Source of the DNA: Nemertoderma westbladi
Lineage: Eukaryota > Animalia > Xenacoelomorpha
Direction of reading: 5' to 3'
Length of the DNA: 64,000 nt
NCBI GenBank assembly: GCA_032718475.1
Contig: JAUCBJ010001928.1
Coordinates: 1 to 64,000 of the forward strand
Shown here: one piece after another, positions 61,736-64,000 of the stretch
Position numbering within the stretch: the first letter of the stretch is position 1
Layout of the letters: every line of letters begins with the position of its first letter
Notes under the pieces: generated by a model
The model's input: the letters and a program-made list of their open reading frames with translations, nothing else
Databases searched by the model: none
What the model was told of the DNA's origin: nothing
Translations under genes and position numbers: made by a program

Positions 61736-62989
61736 ATGACGAAATCCGGTCGACATAAACGGAGGCAGTCTTCATCATCGGGAACTTATTCAGGTAACAA
61801 CAACATTGGCTTTACATTGCATGACGAACTGGATAAACAAAGTTCTAGACTAGATGGATTTGAGGAAAGCTTCGAAGGCCTTCAATCTAAATTGTCTGGA
61901 ATTATAATCTCTGAAATTAACAAACATACCGGTAAAGAGCGGACTTATTCACCTTCGAGTGGATCCGATAAAAACACCTTCGACCACTCCAATAACAGAG
62001 CAGGCCCAATTACAACTAGGCCTAAAAGGACCGATAATGATGCTGTTTTCGTTTGTGACGCTATTTCCTCTAATGACAGTGGGTCTGATGAATCTACTGG
62101 AACCGCTCAACCATTTCTTGGCTTCTCCGATTCCGACAAGGACGCCCTAATTGTTGCAATACAAGAAAATGTCAACTTCGAATTAGAAGCTATGAAGGGA
62201 ACACTTGAGGATATCCGACGAGAGTTTAACAGGTTACGTGATTCTTCTATCACGCAATTGGATGACATTGAGCAGTACTCGCGTCGAAATTGTATCCTTA
62301 TACACGGAGTTCCTCAGACAACAGAAGAATCTTCTGAAGATAAAACCTTTGAAGTTGTTAAATCGTTCCTGAAGGACAATCTTCTGCTTGACATTGGAGA
62401 ACACGAGTTTGATCGGTGTCATCGTCTGGGGCGTCGTGACATTGTGGCTGGGTCTGGTAACGCTAGTAACGCTGAGAAGTATGGTACTAAAGCCAATATT
62501 AAACACGCGCCGATCATAGTAAAGTTTGTCCGCTATAGAGTACGAGCGAAAGTTTTCTCTCAAGCCCACCGCCTCCGGAATACTGGTTTCTATGTCACCG
62601 AATCATTGACATCATTCCGATCGGGGCTACTTCGAGATGTTCGCACTAAGGGGATTGGTTGGTCCCGTGATGGACGGATTTTCGCTATGGGAACCGCAAA
62701 TCGACCTGTTCTTATCACTGCTAGAAGTGATGTGTCATTGGTTAAGGAATTCACGGAAGAAGATCGAAAAGTTCGTCGACAACTCCTGAATGCCAATAGC
62801 AAACAAAAGTCTACGAAACCTTCCGTTGGTCCTACTGTTGAGATGAAAGATAAACCAAATCCTGCTCCAGGCCCAGCTGCACATCGAGCTACACCGAAAA
62901 CCAATCCTATAACCAATCCTATAAAAATCCCTAATATTGGGAAAGCAAACTTATCTCCCAAAGTCATTGGAAAGAAATCCGTCAAATAA
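61736..62989 (+). CDS. LINE ORF1p-like protein (coiled coil + RRM + CTD; L2/CR1/L1-type), 417 aa, no ORF2 behind it
   Basis: LDDIEQYSRRNCILIHGVP, DRCHRLG, PIIVKF, YVTESLT, WSRDGRIF. Confidence 0.85.
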   Translation: MTKSGRHKRRQSSSSGTYSGNNNIGFTLHDELDKQSSRLDGFEESFEGLQSKLSGIIISEINKHTGKERTYSPSSGSDKNTFDHSNNRAGPITTRPKRTDNDAVFVCDAISSNDSGSDESTGTAQPFLGFSDSDKDALIVAIQENVNFELEAMKGTLEDIRREFNRLRDSSITQLDDIEQYSRRNCILIHGVPQTTEESSEDKTFEVVKSFLKDNLLLDIGEHEFDRCHRLGRRDIVAGSGNASNAEKYGTKANIKHAPIIVKFVRYRVRAKVFSQAHRLRNTGFYVTESLTSFRSGLLRDVRTKGIGWSRDGRIFAMGTANRPVLITARSDVSLVKEFTEEDRKVRRQLLNANSKQKSTKPSVGPTVEMKDKPNPAPGPAAHRATPKTNPITNPIKIPNIGKANLSPKVIGKKSVK

Positions 62990-64000
62990 GGTTACAATAT
63001 TTCACAATAAAACAAACAAGGTTAATTTAATTTATTTGCCCACAACGCCAGTGTGAATAATACTAACAAATAAATAGATTTGTTATATTTTATATGCCAT
63101 ATATGTACTCAATTATTTTAATCATATTATTCAGCATGTAAATAAATAAATAAATTTGTACTATTTAGCATGTAAGTAAATAAATATGTACTTATCATTT
63201 TATCAATCAAACTAACAAGGCCGTTAAAATCTAATAGATTATTTTATTACTATCAACAAAATACTATGTATGATAATAATTATACAAACAAACTATTTAC
63301 GTATCATATAATCGTAATAATGCTTGCAAAATTATCGCACAATTATAGCTCCACCCCTTGGCTTAATCTAATAAGGCATTTTTGTTTGTATATTACAATA
63401 TGTTATTTAACAAAAGAACATTATAATACACTTGTACAAAACACAGGAGTATTGTAATATATTATTTGTGTAAGGCCCCTTTAATAGTAATTCAAGTATA
63501 TTACCCACAAAGCTCAAATTAGTTTAAAACATGGCCCGGCATGGACCGTAATAATCAGGCATATCTCGTTATACAGACTAACTTTACTTGAACCTTGATC
63601 TTTATTTGTATCTCGTATTATTTTTTTTTGTGTGTGCTTGTCTAGATAGGTTGTTTAGTGATTATTTTGTAGTATATTGTAACTTTAGGTTTTTAGCGGT
63701 ATTGTATAGGTAATAAGGGAGCAACTGGGAGGGTACTTTAGTACTTTGCTATTGCTTTTAGTACTTTTGTTTTGCTTTTTGTTTTTGTTGTTTGGACTTT
63801 GACTCATTCAAACTGTTCTTTATAGGTATCTGTAGTTTACTTTCTTATTTAGTTAGTCTCAGTAGGAAGGCCTAATTATATTGCATGACTTCCTATATTC
63901 AGTAGTGTAGATAAAAATCACACCTAAATTTTTCTAGTTGTAGTTGTTCCTCCTCTATACATTTTTTAGAGGGGATTTGCTTTCATCTTTAAACTGGTAC

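Overview
AT-rich, intron-containing animal (invertebrate-like) genomic DNA dominated by nested transposable elements. The centrepiece is a 19,014-bp BEL/Pao LTR retrotransposon on the minus strand (13233-32246). It has 1,260-bp TG...CA LTRs that are near-identical, a GATGG target-site duplication, and it interrupts the RT gene of an RTE LINE that rejoins in frame when the element is removed. The element has three unusual properties. (1) In the env position it carries a ~4.2-kb non-Env gene, probably one ~1,400-aa protein split by two 1-nt homopolymer indels, with a coiled coil, a WRN/EXD/Mut-7-like DEDDy 3'-5' exonuclease domain, tandem CCHC zinc knuckles and a basic NLS. (2) It has no tRNA primer-binding site; the 11 nt abutting the 5' LTR are instead complementary to an 11-mer inside the LTR, as in Tf1-type self-priming. 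(3) A second PPT-like motif sits directly after pol. A diverged, internally deleted sister copy occupies 1-2732 (+). The window also holds a 21-bp satellite with higher-order structure, a nested pogo/Harbinger/LINE/L1/Helitron cluster, a single-coding-exon VGAT/SLC32-like transporter gene, two tandem globin X-like exon2+exon3 pairs, several foldback/MITE-like repeats and an orphan LINE ORF1. All family assignments come from motif recognition by eye; no database searches were run.
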